Source: Eubacteriales bacterium (GTDB lineage: Bacteria > Bacillota > Clostridia > Oscillospirales > CAG-382). Taken from it: 64,000 nt of DNA. Below the pieces are notes generated by a model, which did no database searches, was not told the DNA's origin, and was given only the letters and a program-made list of their open reading frames with translations. The position numbers were made by a program, and so were the translations under genes. Location of the stretch: contig JAZRXG010000042.1 in NCBI GenBank assembly GCA_045600105.1, positions 14,236 through 78,235 of the forward strand, read 5' to 3'. Shown in pieces: positions 45,926 to 58,637 of this stretch (the stretch's first letter is position 1; every line of letters begins with the position of its first letter).

Positions 45926-46768
45926 TCAGTCTGTTAAAAAATCATATTTTTCGTCAAGAAAATCAGTCCATCCGACCCTCCACGCGGTGTACGGCGACAC
46001 CGAAAGCAGCTCAAGGTCGTCGTTCCCGTGGTTCATGACGTCGTTCGGGAAAATGCTTTTGAATTTCTGTTCTTTTTCGTCGGTCACGTTCGGAACGTAC
46101 AGGTCCTTCGCGCCGAAAAGATGGAGTATCTCGTGCGCGTAGGTATAAGGAGTATCCGCGTATTCGTAATCCTCGTTTTCGGTGTGGAACACGACGCAGC
46201 GTTCGGTCACATAGTCTTCCCAATCGGAATACGCCTTGTCGCAGCACACCGCGAAGCTTCTTTCGTCGGCAATGACGTGAAAGACGACGAAATACGAATC
46301 ATACCCCGAAAGGTCGTGCTTTGCGTTCACGTACTCCGCAAGGCTGCCGTAGGACGTGTTTTCAAAAACCGAGTTCGTCCACTCGGTGCTGCGCAGCAGC
46401 GTGTCGGCGATGCCGCAGTAAAGCGTCTCGGCACCGTCTTCGCCCGACGGCACTATCTCGAGCTCCGCGTTGTAAAGCGGTGCCGTTCTTTCGAGGAAAG
46501 AGATCGCCGCCTTTTCGGCTTCAAGGGAGCCTTCGATTTTTTCCGCCGTCCATTCGGCGTTGTCGCGGCTCACGAACACGTCGATAAGCAGGCATCTGCC
46601 CGCAAGCTCCGACGCGCTCCCGAACGAAGTCGGCGTGTCTTTCGGAGAACGTGAGTGTTCGTCCTGGGACGGTATATCTTCCGACGCCGCGGTGCCCCCG
46701 TCATTCGCGCACGAAAGTGCCGAAAGCGCGATGACAAGCGCCAAAAACGTCAAAAAAATCTTTTTCAT
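45926..46768 (-). CDS. Lipoprotein with zinc-metalloprotease (metzincin-like) motif
   Basis: Lipobox LSC, YAHEILHLFGAKDLY (HExxH) and downstream DVM Met-turn candidate. Confidence 0.7.
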   Translation of the reverse strand: MKKIFLTFLALVIALSALSCANDGGTAASEDIPSQDEHSRSPKDTPTSFGSASELAGRCLLIDVFVSRDNAEWTAEKIEGSLEAEKAAISFLERTAPLYNAELEIVPSGEDGAETLYCGIADTLLRSTEWTNSVFENTSYGSLAEYVNAKHDLSGYDSYFVVFHVIADERSFAVCCDKAYSDWEDYVTERCVVFHTENEDYEYADTPYTYAHEILHLFGAKDLYVPNVTDEKEQKFKSIFPNDVMNHGNDDLELLSVSPYTAWRVGWTDFLDEKYDFLTD

Positions 46769-46817
46769 AATATTATATCATCCCGTTTTCAATAAAGCAA
46801 GAATATTTTTGGCAAAT

Positions 46818-47447
46818 TCAGGCGATAGGCGTCCCGTCGGCAAGCAAAAGCGAAAGTCTTCTGATCCTGCAGTCGGTTATCCTGTCACCGAGGAAGTCCG
46901 AAATATACTTTACGTTGAGATGCTCGCCGCTTCCGCACGAGGCACGCAGCCTCATCCTCACGCCGTTCCCGGCGTCCTCAAACGACTTTTCTTTTATGAG
47001 TCCCGAGATATCCTCGGATCTGTCGCCTTTTTTGCTCTTTTTGAGCACGGTTATCTCGCCGGAGAGCGCTTCCTCAATGGCTTTTGCGTCAAGGGAGGTT
47101 TCGAAAAACACGTCGTAATCGGCAAGAGCGAGGTCGCCGAGCTTACATTCCGGGCAGACCGCTCTGACTATTGGCAGGCAGTCGGGGAAAGCGGCGCGGA
47201 GCTTTTCGGTTATTTCCTCGTAGGGCTGACCGTCTTCGGCAAAGAAATCGAACACCTCGAACTCGCTTTCCTGATACACCGAAAGGGGCGACGCGAAGGT
47301 CAGCTTGATGTGCGGATTGAAGCCCTCGGTATACTGCGGGCCGACTCCGCTTCTGACGAGCGATCTGAACACGGTTCTCTGCAGGTCAAGATGCGATATG
47401 TAGGCGGAAACGCCGTTTTTCTTGAATACGACTCTTACGGGCAGCAT
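46818..47447 (-). CDS. TIGR03936/DUF2344 radical-SAM-associated protein
   Basis: YISHLDL.R...R, YTEGFNPH.KL.FA.PL. Immediately follows a TIGR03960 gene. Confidence 0.88.
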   Translation of the reverse strand: MLPVRVVFKKNGVSAYISHLDLQRTVFRSLVRSGVGPQYTEGFNPHIKLTFASPLSVYQESEFEVFDFFAEDGQPYEEITEKLRAAFPDCLPIVRAVCPECKLGDLALADYDVFFETSLDAKAIEEALSGEITVLKKSKKGDRSEDISGLIKEKSFEDAGNGVRMRLRASCGSGEHLNVKYISDFLGDRITDCRIRRLSLLLADGTPIA

Positions 47448-49269
47448 CTTTTTTCGCCTCCCATTTTGCTTGCTCCGCACGCGGAGCATTTGGTGCGGCA
47501 GTCGGGCGTGGTCTCGCCGCACTGCGCTTTTTTCGCCTCGCGCACGAGGAATTCCTTGGAAACTCCGCACGAGATATGATCCCACGGGAGCACTTCGTCA
47601 AATCCTCTGCGTCTGTTGGCGTAGAACGCGGGATCGATGCCGACCGACGCGAAAATATCGTTCCAGTTTTCGTGCGAGAAGAACTCGTCCCAGCCGTCGA
47701 ATCTCTGTCCCCTTCTGACCGCCTCGGCTATCGCGGCGGAAAGCCGTCTGTCGCCCGACGCGAACACGGCTTCGAGATGCGATACCTCTGCCGTGTGGTA
47801 GTTGTAAGTTATCTTGCGGCTCCTTATTTCGCCTTTCAGCAGCTGCTGCTTGCGTTTGAGCTCCTCGATGCTGTCCTGCGGTTCCCATTGGAACGGCGTG
47901 AACGGCTTGGGCACGAAGCAGGAGACCGACACGGTGACGTTGAACGCCTTTCCGTTTCTGCCGCCCGCGTAAAACTCGTTCACGATATTTCCCGCGAGCG
48001 ACGCGATGCCCTTGATATCGTCGTCGGTCTCGGTGGGAAGCCCGTTCATGAAATAAAGCTTGATGTTCTGTCTGCCGTTCTCGAACGCCATGCGGCAGGA
48101 GTTGATTATCTCGTCTTCGGTTATGTTCTTGTTTATGACGTCGCGCAGTCTCTGCGTTCCCGCTTCCGGAGCGAAGGTGAGGCCCGACTTGCGGACTGAC
48201 ATCACCTTCTGCATGAGCTCGGCGTAGAAGGCGTCTATCCTCATCGACGGCAGCGAAAGGCTGACGTTCTTTTTCTCGGTCCACTCGAGCAGAGTGTCGA
48301 CGAGCTTATCTATTTTGGTGTAATCGGATATCGAAAGCGAAGAAAGCGACATTTCGTCGTATCCCGTGTTGTCAAAGCTTTCTCTGGCGCATTTGTCAAG
48401 CACTTCCACTGACTTTTCACGGTAAGGACGGTACACCATTCCCGCCTGACAGAAACGGCAGCCCCTTATGCAGCCGCGGAAGACCTCGAGCGTTATTCTG
48501 TCGTGCACGGCTTCGATGAAAGGCATTTCGAATTTCGTGGGGAAAGGCGCCTTGTCGAGGTCCTTGATTATGCGTTTTCTGACCGTCTTCGGCACGTCCT
48601 CGTACTTGGGTCCGACGCGTTTCACCGTTCCGTCTTCGTTGTACGACACATCATAAAGCGACGGAACATAGGTGCCCTCGATATGCGACGCGAGACGCAG
48701 GAACTCGGCTTTGGAAAGTCCTTTCGCCTTGCAGTCGCGGTAAAGGTCGGCGATCTCGGGCAGATGCTCTTCGCCCTCGCCTATCGAGAAAAGGTCAAAG
48801 AAATCGGCGACGGGCTCGGGGTTATAGGCGCAAGGTCCTCCGCCGATGATAAGCGGAAAAGAATCGTCTCTGTCCTTTGCGAACCACGGGATGCCCGCGA
48901 GGTCGAGCATATTGACGGCGTTGGTGTACGAAAGCTCGTACTGGAGCGTGAACGCCACGATGTCGAAATCGCGGAGAGAGTCGCCGCTTTCGAGCGCGTA
49001 AAGCGGAAGACCGTTTTCACGCAGAAGCTTTTCATAGTCGTCCCACGGGGCGTAGGCGCGTTCGCACCACAGATAGTCACGCGAGTTGAGGCAGTGCATG
49101 AGTATCTTGACGCCGAGGTTCGACATACCGATTTCGTAGGTATCGGGAAAGCAGAAGCACATTCTGACGTCCACGGCGTTTTTGTCTTTATATGTGCAGC
49201 CGAATTCGCCGCCGGTATAGCGTCCGGGACGTTCGACTTTTTTGAGCAGCGAAAGGTATTCGTCTTTTA

Positions 49270-49273
<4 letters not shown>
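47435..49273 (-). CDS. TIGR03960-family B12-binding radical SAM protein
   Basis: [58 protein letters not shown]. Confidence 0.9.
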
Positions 49274-52095
<2,822 letters not shown>

Positions 52096-52102
52096 TTTGT
52101 CC

Positions 52103-54055
52103 TCACATGAGCCGTTTTATACGGTCGCGCAGTATCGCGGCAGACTCGAAATCGAGTTCCTTTGCCGCCTGCTTCATATCCTTCGTAAGTTTTTCTATAA
52201 GCTTCTTCTTTTCCGCCGCGTTCAGCTTGCCGCCGTTCACTTCCTTGGCGCTTTCGCCGCCCGATATCGCAAGCGGCATACGTATCTCCTTGATGATGGT
52301 CTGCGGCACGATGCCGTGGGCCTCGTTGTATTCGCTCTGTATCCTGCGGCGCCTGTTCGTTTCGTCGATGGCGCGCTTCATCGAGCCCGTGACCGTGTCG
52401 GCGTACATGATGACCTTGCCGTGCGCGTTGCGCGCCGTGCGTCCGATGGTCTGGATGAGCGACGACTCGCTTCTCAGGAAGCCTTCCTTGTCGGCGTCGA
52501 GTATCGCGACGAGCGACACTTCGGGAAGGTCGAGACCTTCGCGCAGCAGATTTATTCCGATGAGAACGTCGAATTCGCCTTGTCTGAGGTCGCGGATTAT
52601 TTCCATACGTTCTATCGTTTCTATATCGTAGTGCATATAGCGGCAGCGGATCTCGTATTTTTCGAAATACTCGCTCAGGTCCTCCGCCATATGCTTGGTG
52701 AGCGTGGTGACGAGAACGCGTTCGTTCTTCGCCGCTCTTTCGCGTATCTCGCTCATGAGGTCGTCTATCTGTCCGTTCACGGGACGTACCTCGACCTCGG
52801 GGTCAAGCAGCCCCGTCGGGCGTATTATCTGTTCGGCGATCTGCGACGCGCGTTCTTTTTCGAAATCGGAAGGTGTCGCCGAAACGTAGATGGTCTGCCC
52901 TTTTTTCTCGAGGAATTCGTTGAATTTGAGCGGTCTGTTGTCGTAAGCCGACGGCAGGCGGAAGCCGAAATCGACGAGATTTTTCTTTCTCGCGGTATCG
53001 CCGCCCGACATACCGCGCACCTGCGGCACCGTGACGTGGCTTTCGTCGATGAACATGAGATAATCGGCGGGCAGGTAGTCGAGCAGCGTGTAGGGGGTCG
53101 ATCCCGGCGCTCTGCCCGAAAGCACGCGCGAATAGTTCTCGACGCCCGAGCAGTAGCCTATTTCGCGTATCTGCTCGATATCGTAGTTGGTGCGTTCGGT
53201 TATCCTCTGCGCCTCGATGAATTTGCCCTGCTCCTCGAACCACGCGGCACGTTCGCCTTTTTCTTTTTCTATCTCAAGCAGCGCCTTTTCACGCAGTTCC
53301 CTGCTCGTGACGTAGTGGGTCGCGGGGAAAACGTCGACGTTATCGAGCTTGGTGACGGCTTCTCCCGTGACGGTGTTGATTATCGAGATCCTGTCGACCT
53401 CGTCGCCCCAGAATTCGACTCTTATCGCGTCGGTAGACGTGTTGGACGGGAATATCTCAAGCGTGTCGCCGCGGGCGCGGAACGTGTTGCGCTCAAGATC
53501 GAAGTCGCAGCGCGAATACTGTATCGCCACGAGACGCTTTATGACGTCGTCGCGCGATATGCGCTGACTCTTGTAAAGCGCAACCATGTTTCTCTGATAT
53601 TCTTCGGGATCGCCGAGCGAATAGATGCACGAGACCGACGACACGATGATGACGTCTTTACGCTCAAAAAGAGCGCTCGTCGCTTCGTGGCGGAGCTTGT
53701 CTATCTCCTTGTTGATGGACGCGTCTTTTTCGATGTATATATCCTTGCCGGGAACATAAGCCTCCGGCTGATAGTAGTCGTAGTAGGAAACGAAATACTC
53801 CACCGCGTTGTTCGGGAAGAATTCGCGGAATTCCGAGCAAAGCTGCGCGGCAAGCGTTTTGTTGTGCGCGAGCACGAGAGTGGGCTTGTTGACGTTTGCG
53901 ATGATATTCGCCATGGTGAACGTCTTGCCCGAGCCGGTAACGCCGAGAAGCACCTGGTCGTCGTAGCCCCTGAGCACGCCGTCGGTCAGTTTTTCTATTG
54001 CCTGCGGCTGGTCACCGGTCGGCTTGTACGGTGACACGAGTTCAAAATGATCCAT
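52103..54055 (-). CDS. uvrB: Excinuclease ABC subunit B
   Basis: [39 protein letters not shown]-terminal UVR domain. Confidence 0.97.
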   Translation of the reverse strand: MDHFELVSPYKPTGDQPQAIEKLTDGVLRGYDDQVLLGVTGSGKTFTMANIIANVNKPTLVLAHNKTLAAQLCSEFREFFPNNAVEYFVSYYDYYQPEAYVPGKDIYIEKDASINKEIDKLRHEATSALFERKDVIIVSSVSCIYSLGDPEEYQRNMVALYKSQRISRDDVIKRLVAIQYSRCDFDLERNTFRARGDTLEIFPSNTSTDAIRVEFWGDEVDRISIINTVTGEAVTKLDNVDVFPATHYVTSRELREKALLEIEKEKGERAAWFEEQGKFIEAQRITERTNYDIEQIREIGYCSGVENYSRVLSGRAPGSTPYTLLDYLPADYLMFIDESHVTVPQVRGMSGGDTARKKNLVDFGFRLPSAYDNRPLKFNEFLEKKGQTIYVSATPSDFEKERASQIAEQIIRPTGLLDPEVEVRPVNGQIDDLMSEIRERAAKNERVLVTTLTKHMAEDLSEYFEKYEIRCRYMHYDIETIERMEIIRDLRQGEFDVLIGINLLREGLDLPEVSLVAILDADKEGFLRSESSLIQTIGRTARNAHGKVIMYADTVTGSMKRAIDETNRRRRIQSEYNEAHGIVPQTIIKEIRMPLAISGGESAKEVNGGKLNAAEKKKLIEKLTKDMKQAAKELDFESAAILRDRIKRLM

Positions 54056-54078
54056 CAGCGTTACGCCTCACTTTCGCA

Positions 54079-54090
54079 GAATTTTCGTTC
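54079..54090 (-). promoter_or_regulatory. Possible LexA (SOS) box upstream of uvrB
   Basis: GAAC-GAAA-ATTC versus Firmicutes consensus GAAC-N4-GTTC (one mismatch). Lies between an extended -10 (TGnTATAAT, 54119-54127) and the RBS. Confidence 0.35.
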
Positions 54091-54186
54091 AAAAAACGAC
54101 AAGGTATTTATTCAGTCTATTATATCACAACGTTTTCAAAAAATAAAGATATATTGCAGAAAAATTGTAAATTCGGCGTATAAGAA

Positions 54187-54222
54187 AAAAGCTCATCCAA
54201 AGCAGGTTTTGGATGAGCTTTT
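54187..54222. terminator. Intrinsic terminator after the ECF sigma gene
   Basis: AAAAGCTCATCCAAA/TTTGGATGAGCTTTT 15-bp perfect stem. Confidence 0.8.
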
Positions 54223-54237
54223 CAATAATTTCAAACC

Positions 54238-56754
54238 TTATTCGTCTTCTTCGCAGTTCTTTCTGTCGCGGCTGCCGAGGGCGTCCTTGAACATGACCGT
54301 TCCGTTTTCGTCCTCGTCGAATGTGAATTCGGCGTGTGCGTGCCATCCGCCTCCGAGATTTTGCGGTTCATAGCGGCGGAAGAAACCGTCGTCCGTCGGG
54401 AAATAACCGTCCCCTTTTCCGCGGTATTCCGTAAGGACCCACTCGGCTTTGCTGCCGTCCCACAGCGGATGCGTGAAACGAACGATGCCGACACCGGGAG
54501 CGAACCAGTATTCGCATTTCCCCGCGCAGTAGTCCCAGCCGCCGACAAATTCAAAGCTTATATGGCGGCAGTCTTCAAAGACTCCGGCAGGCGTCGTCAC
54601 GCTTTCGCCGCCCGTGACGGTGAAATTCTTCGTGACGTCATCCCATCTGCCTTTCTTTTCGGCAAATGTATAGCCGTCGACCCATTCATCAGACCACAGG
54701 CAGCCCGCCGCGTCCTGCAGAAGCGTCATAAAGAACGAATAGATTACCTTATATCCGTCAACGCCCTTTATCGGTGTATCTTTCCATTCAAAGTCGTAAA
54801 CACGGTTGCACCACATTATTGTTTTTTCCGTTTTTTTCTCGATCACGTCGCGTTCGAAGAAATCCCATTTCCCGAGCACGTCCGTATCGGGGTTGAAAGC
54901 GGCATCGGTCGAGAAAATGCGGCGCATTACGGCATTTGCGATGGTCGTCTGCGTCTTCTGACGCTTGGTGCAGGCGAGCTCTTCGCAGCGCTTCATCACA
55001 TCGCTTACGTCACGCAGTTTTTCATCGTCGCCGTTCACCTCATAATACGTATCACGCATTTCGACGGATTTTCCTTCCCACGTGTCAACGTATCCGTTGA
55101 CAATGTCGTAAAAGCTGTTGTAAAGAGTCACGCATCCGTTTTCGCACCCCGTAACTTCAAAGAAGTTTTCTCTGTCCGAAATACGAATATCATTACCCTT
55201 ATGAGAGTACGACCAACTGTTCCCTGCCTCAAACGGCAGAAGTCCCTTGCCTCCGCGGATACGGTAATCGGAAAGCACCCATTCCGACGTTACACCGGCT
55301 ATCGTCACGGTTTGATAAACGATACCCGCTCCCGGGCAAAGAACCGTTTTGCAGTACGTCAGTCCGTACCTTTCGCCTTCACAGACAAAAACAGAGCAGT
55401 TTTCAAAATGTCCCGCCGGAGTATCGCAGACGGCGTTGTCCTCTTCATAGCGCAGCGCTGTTTTGCAGTCCGATGACGTTCTGACGTCGCCGACCTTCAT
55501 ATCATCATCGAGTATAATACTGTCGCACGCCGACATATTCCAGAAAACACAGCCGCTGCCTCCACAGAAACCGGGCTGATCGGCAAAGTACAGAGCGTTT
55601 CCGATACGTTTATAGCGTTCTCCCGTTGCAGTTATATAATCGTGTTCCTTTTCTCCGCCGTTTTCGATCAGATGGCTCGACACTTTTATTGCCGCGAGAG
55701 CATTGGCGTGATACACTTCCGTTCCGGGGACGATGTGCGTGACATTTTCAAACCATTCTATCGCTTCCGCGTACTCCTGCTTTTTGTAATACTCATAGCC
55801 GAGCCAGAACATAACGTAAGCAAGCGTTTTGGGGTATTTGTTCTCTCGGTAATACGGTATCTGGGTGTTTTTCATGAATTCGATTTTTTCGTCGCCGCGG
55901 TACTTTTCGTACTCCCGGCAGGCGACCGACTGCATAACGTCGTCGTTATGCCCTTCTTCGGCTGATTTCTTTATCCTTTCAAAGGTCTCGTCGTTCTTTT
56001 CGCTTTCCAGCCACCACCAGCCCATCAGCAGAGTGTCGGCAAGGAGCGAACTCTTTTCCTTTGAATCGTCGAGAGTTTCGACGCTTTGAAGCACGGAGCG
56101 GTATTCATCCTCAAATCCGGTCTTGTCGTTTTTGAATCTCCATCTTTTAAGCTCTTCGACCTGACGCATAACGCGTGAAACGAGCGATTCTTTTTCGTTG
56201 TATGTTTTTTCCACTATTCCATAACCCTTTCTTAATTGTTTTCTCCCCTCAGAAAGACGCCATTTGACAGTCCCTTTGGAAACGCCGAGAAGACGCGATA
56301 TCTCAGACACGGACTTGTCCTCGAAATAATGCAGTTTCACCGTTTCGCGCAGTTTCTCGCTCAGCGCCTCGACGCTCTCGTGAAGATCGGTATAGTCTTC
56401 GGCTGCAATTTCCGCTTTCCCGTCATCCTCCGAAAATTCTCCGAGCTTCTCGATAGAGATCGAAGGAATGGCGCTGCGATACCGTGTCATCAACGTTCTC
56501 GCGCTATTCTTTGCGATAGAGCTGACCCACGGACCGAATTTTGAGCCGTCACGAAGAGACGCCAGATTCATCCACGCGGACACGAAAGCGTCCTGCGACG
56601 CGTCCTCCGCCAAAAACGTATTCCCCGTTTCTCTGACGGATACGCCCATCACCGCGCGCTGATGACGGACAACAAGCTCCTCGTAGGCGGAATCGTCCCC
56701 GAGAAGTGTCAGTTCCACAAGTGTCTTATCGGTTTTGTCGACGTGGTTTTTCAT
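54238..56754 (-). CDS. ECF sigma-70 factor with ~660-aa C-terminal extension (TPR plus duplicated TPAGxF beta-type domain)
   Basis: Sigma2 (AYEELV.RH, AEDASQDAF..AW, FGPWV..IAKN) and sigma4 (LHYFED.SV.EIS..LGVSKGTVKWRL..GR) in aa 1-180. TPR-like WLGYEYYKKQEYAEAIEWFE. No TM segment seen. Confidence 0.85.
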   Translation of the reverse strand: MKNHVDKTDKTLVELTLLGDDSAYEELVVRHQRAVMGVSVRETGNTFLAEDASQDAFVSAWMNLASLRDGSKFGPWVSSIAKNSARTLMTRYRSAIPSISIEKLGEFSEDDGKAEIAAEDYTDLHESVEALSEKLRETVKLHYFEDKSVSEISRLLGVSKGTVKWRLSEGRKQLRKGYGIVEKTYNEKESLVSRVMRQVEELKRWRFKNDKTGFEDEYRSVLQSVETLDDSKEKSSLLADTLLMGWWWLESEKNDETFERIKKSAEEGHNDDVMQSVACREYEKYRGDEKIEFMKNTQIPYYRENKYPKTLAYVMFWLGYEYYKKQEYAEAIEWFENVTHIVPGTEVYHANALAAIKVSSHLIENGGEKEHDYITATGERYKRIGNALYFADQPGFCGGSGCVFWNMSACDSIILDDDMKVGDVRTSSDCKTALRYEEDNAVCDTPAGHFENCSVFVCEGERYGLTYCKTVLCPGAGIVYQTVTIAGVTSEWVLSDYRIRGGKGLLPFEAGNSWSYSHKGNDIRISDRENFFEVTGCENGCVTLYNSFYDIVNGYVDTWEGKSVEMRDTYYEVNGDDEKLRDVSDVMKRCEELACTKRQKTQTTIANAVMRRIFSTDAAFNPDTDVLGKWDFFERDVIEKKTEKTIMWCNRVYDFEWKDTPIKGVDGYKVIYSFFMTLLQDAAGCLWSDEWVDGYTFAEKKGRWDDVTKNFTVTGGESVTTPAGVFEDCRHISFEFVGGWDYCAGKCEYWFAPGVGIVRFTHPLWDGSKAEWVLTEYRGKGDGYFPTDDGFFRRYEPQNLGGGWHAHAEFTFDEDENGTVMFKDALGSRDRKNCEEDE

Positions 56755-56792
56755 TTTCGTCTTCCTTTCATTTTTTGGGGGTTCACTATTAA

Positions 56793-56818
56793 GACGCTGA
56801 AATAGTGTAAAAGGTTGG
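56793..56818 (-). promoter_or_regulatory. Candidate ECF-type (autoregulatory) promoter
   Basis: Minus strand reads CCAAC-17 nt-CGTC about 40 nt upstream of the sigma start. Confidence 0.5.
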
Positions 56819-56828
56819 GTGGGAAAAG

Positions 56829-56856
56829 AAAAAACACGGAAAAAACCGTGTTTTTT
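56829..56856. terminator. Intrinsic terminator after nifU
   Basis: AAAAAACACGG/CCGTGTTTTTT stem. Confidence 0.75.
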
Positions 56857-56862
56857 GATTTA

Positions 56863-57294
56863 TCAGTCGTGGTTATGGCAGGATTCGCAGTCGCCGTGGC
56901 AAACGGGGGGAAGGTCTTTTTCGATGCCCTGACGTTTGTAATAATCGGCGATGGCTGCTCTGACCGCTTCTTCGGCGAGAACGGAGCAGTGTATCTTGAC
57001 GGGAGGCAGACCGTCGAGCGCCTCGACGACCGCCTGGTTGGTGATGGAAAGCGCGTCTTCAAGCGGCTTGCCCTTGATCATCTCGGTCGCCATGGACGAA
57101 GTGGCTATCGCGGAAGCGCAGCCGAACGTGTTGAACTTGACGTCGGTGATTATTCCGTCATTGACCTTGATATATATTTTCATTATATCTCCGCATTTTG
57201 CGTTGCCGACTTCGCCGATCCCGTCAGCGTCGTCGATCTTACCCACGTTTCTCGGGTTGCGGAAATGATCCATTACTTTTTCGCTGTATGCCAT
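56863..57294 (-). CDS. nifU: Fe-S cluster assembly scaffold (NifU/IscU type)
   Basis: YSEKVMDHF.NPRNVG, CGD, FGCASA, KIHCS, extra C-terminal CHGDCESCH. Confidence 0.94.
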   Translation of the reverse strand: MAYSEKVMDHFRNPRNVGKIDDADGIGEVGNAKCGDIMKIYIKVNDGIITDVKFNTFGCASAIATSSMATEMIKGKPLEDALSITNQAVVEALDGLPPVKIHCSVLAEEAVRAAIADYYKRQGIEKDLPPVCHGDCESCHNHD

Positions 57295-57311
57295 ATATTA
57301 TATTCCTTTCG

Positions 57312-58481
57312 TTACTTGTTTTCGTTGATGATTCGTTCCCAGACAGGGGACATATCGCGGAGTTTTTTTACAACGTCGGGGATGACTCCGAGGACGTAGT
57401 CGACTTCTTCCTCGGTGGTGTATTCCGAAAGAGAAAGGCGGAGCGAGCCGTGAGCGATCTCGTGCGGGAGTCCGAGCGCGAGAAGCACGTGGCTGGGGTC
57501 GAGCGAGCCCGACGTGCAGGCGGAGCCGGAAGACGCCGCGATGCCCGCAAGGTCAAGGGAAAGCAGAAGAGATTCGCCCTCGATGCCCTCGAAGCAGGCG
57601 TTCACATTGCCGGCAAGACGTTTGTCTCTGTCGCCGTTGATGCGCGTTCTTTCGATCTTGCTGATGCCGTCGATGAGCTTGTCGCGCAGCTTTGCGAGTT
57701 TTGCGTTGTTCTCGTCAAGGTTCTCGAGCGATTTTTTAAGCGCGAGTGCCATGCCGTAATAGGAAACGAAGTTTTCGGTGCCTGCGCGTTTGCCTTTTTC
57801 CTGACCGCCGCCGTTGATGAGGTTGGGAAGGACGATGCCTTTTCTGATATAAAGCGCGCCGACGCCCTTGGGACCGTGGAATTTGTGCCCCGAAAGAGAA
57901 AGCATATCTATTCCGAGCTCGCGCACGTTGATGGCGATATGCCCGACAGCCTGGACGGCGTCGGTGTGGAAATAGACCTTGTGCTTTTTGCATATCTCGG
58001 CGATCTCCTTCACGGGCTGTATCGTGCCTATCTCGTTGTTCGCGAACATAACGGAAACGAGCGCGGTATCCTCGCGGATGGCGTTTTCGATATCCTCGGG
58101 GTGAACGCGGCCTTCCTTGTCAACGGGAACGTAGGTGGCGTCGATGCCATTGTTGGCGAGCGTATGAAGAATGGCGTGATGCTCGATGTTGGTGGTGATG
58201 ACGTGCTTTTTGCCTTTTCTGCCGAGAAGGCCGAGAGTGCCGAGGATAGCCCAGTTGTCGGCTTCGCTGCCGCCCGACGTGAAGTAGATCTCCTTTGCTT
58301 CGCAGCCGAGAGAATCAGCCATGATCTTTCTCGCGTCGTCAAGCACGTACGATGCCTGAACTCCCTCTTCGTGGAGCGACGACGGATTGCCGTAAGTCTC
58401 TTTCATAAGAGACGCCATTTTATCGATAACTTCGGGATATATCGCCGTCGTTGCGGCGTTATCCATATAAATTCTCTGCAT
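57312..58481 (-). CDS. nifS: Cysteine desulfurase (NifS/IscS)
   Basis: IYMDNAATT, GNPSS, FTSGGSEA, HTDAVQ, SGHKFHGPKG, SSGSACTSG. Start at MQRI on the GAAAGGA RBS. Confidence 0.95.
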   Translation of the reverse strand: MQRIYMDNAATTAIYPEVIDKMASLMKETYGNPSSLHEEGVQASYVLDDARKIMADSLGCEAKEIYFTSGGSEADNWAILGTLGLLGRKGKKHVITTNIEHHAILHTLANNGIDATYVPVDKEGRVHPEDIENAIREDTALVSVMFANNEIGTIQPVKEIAEICKKHKVYFHTDAVQAVGHIAINVRELGIDMLSLSGHKFHGPKGVGALYIRKGIVLPNLINGGGQEKGKRAGTENFVSYYGMALALKKSLENLDENNAKLAKLRDKLIDGISKIERTRINGDRDKRLAGNVNACFEGIEGESLLLSLDLAGIAASSGSACTSGSLDPSHVLLALGLPHEIAHGSLRLSLSEYTTEEEVDYVLGVIPDVVKKLRDMSPVWERIINENK

Positions 58482-58502
58482 TTTTCGTTTTTGTCCTTTC
58501 GT

Positions 58503-58524
58503 CAATTAAACGTCTGTTTAATTG
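58503..58524. promoter_or_regulatory. Inverted repeat, candidate operator at the nifS promoter
   Basis: CAATTAAAC-gtct-GTTTAATTG perfect 9-4-9 inverted repeat just downstream of the nifS -10. Confidence 0.55.
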
Positions 58525-58532
58525 TTCGAGTT

Positions 58533-58561
58533 ATTATATCATCGTGTAATCGTCGTGTCAA
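58533..58561 (-). promoter_or_regulatory. Consensus SigA promoter for nifS-nifU
   Basis: TTGACA-17 nt-TATAAT with TG extension. Confidence 0.8.
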
Positions 58562-58577
58562 TAGTTTTTTTCAAAAC

Positions 58578-58605
58578 TTGACAAATTATTTTATTATGGT
58601 ATACT
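58578..58605 (+). promoter_or_regulatory. SigA promoter for the ArsR gene (divergent)
   Basis: TTGACA-16 nt-TATACT with TG extension. Confidence 0.7.
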
Positions 58606-58637
58606 GTAATCAAAGAATTATAAGGACGTAACGAAAA

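Noticed and set aside
54056-56862. ECF sigma gene as an integrated mobile element
   Set aside because: No flanking direct repeats, integrase, transposase or tRNA target. Only a modest GC shift.
56863-56900. NifU C-terminal CHGDCESCH tail as a novelty
   Set aside because: Short Cys/His tails are, to my knowledge, common on clostridial NifU/IscU proteins.
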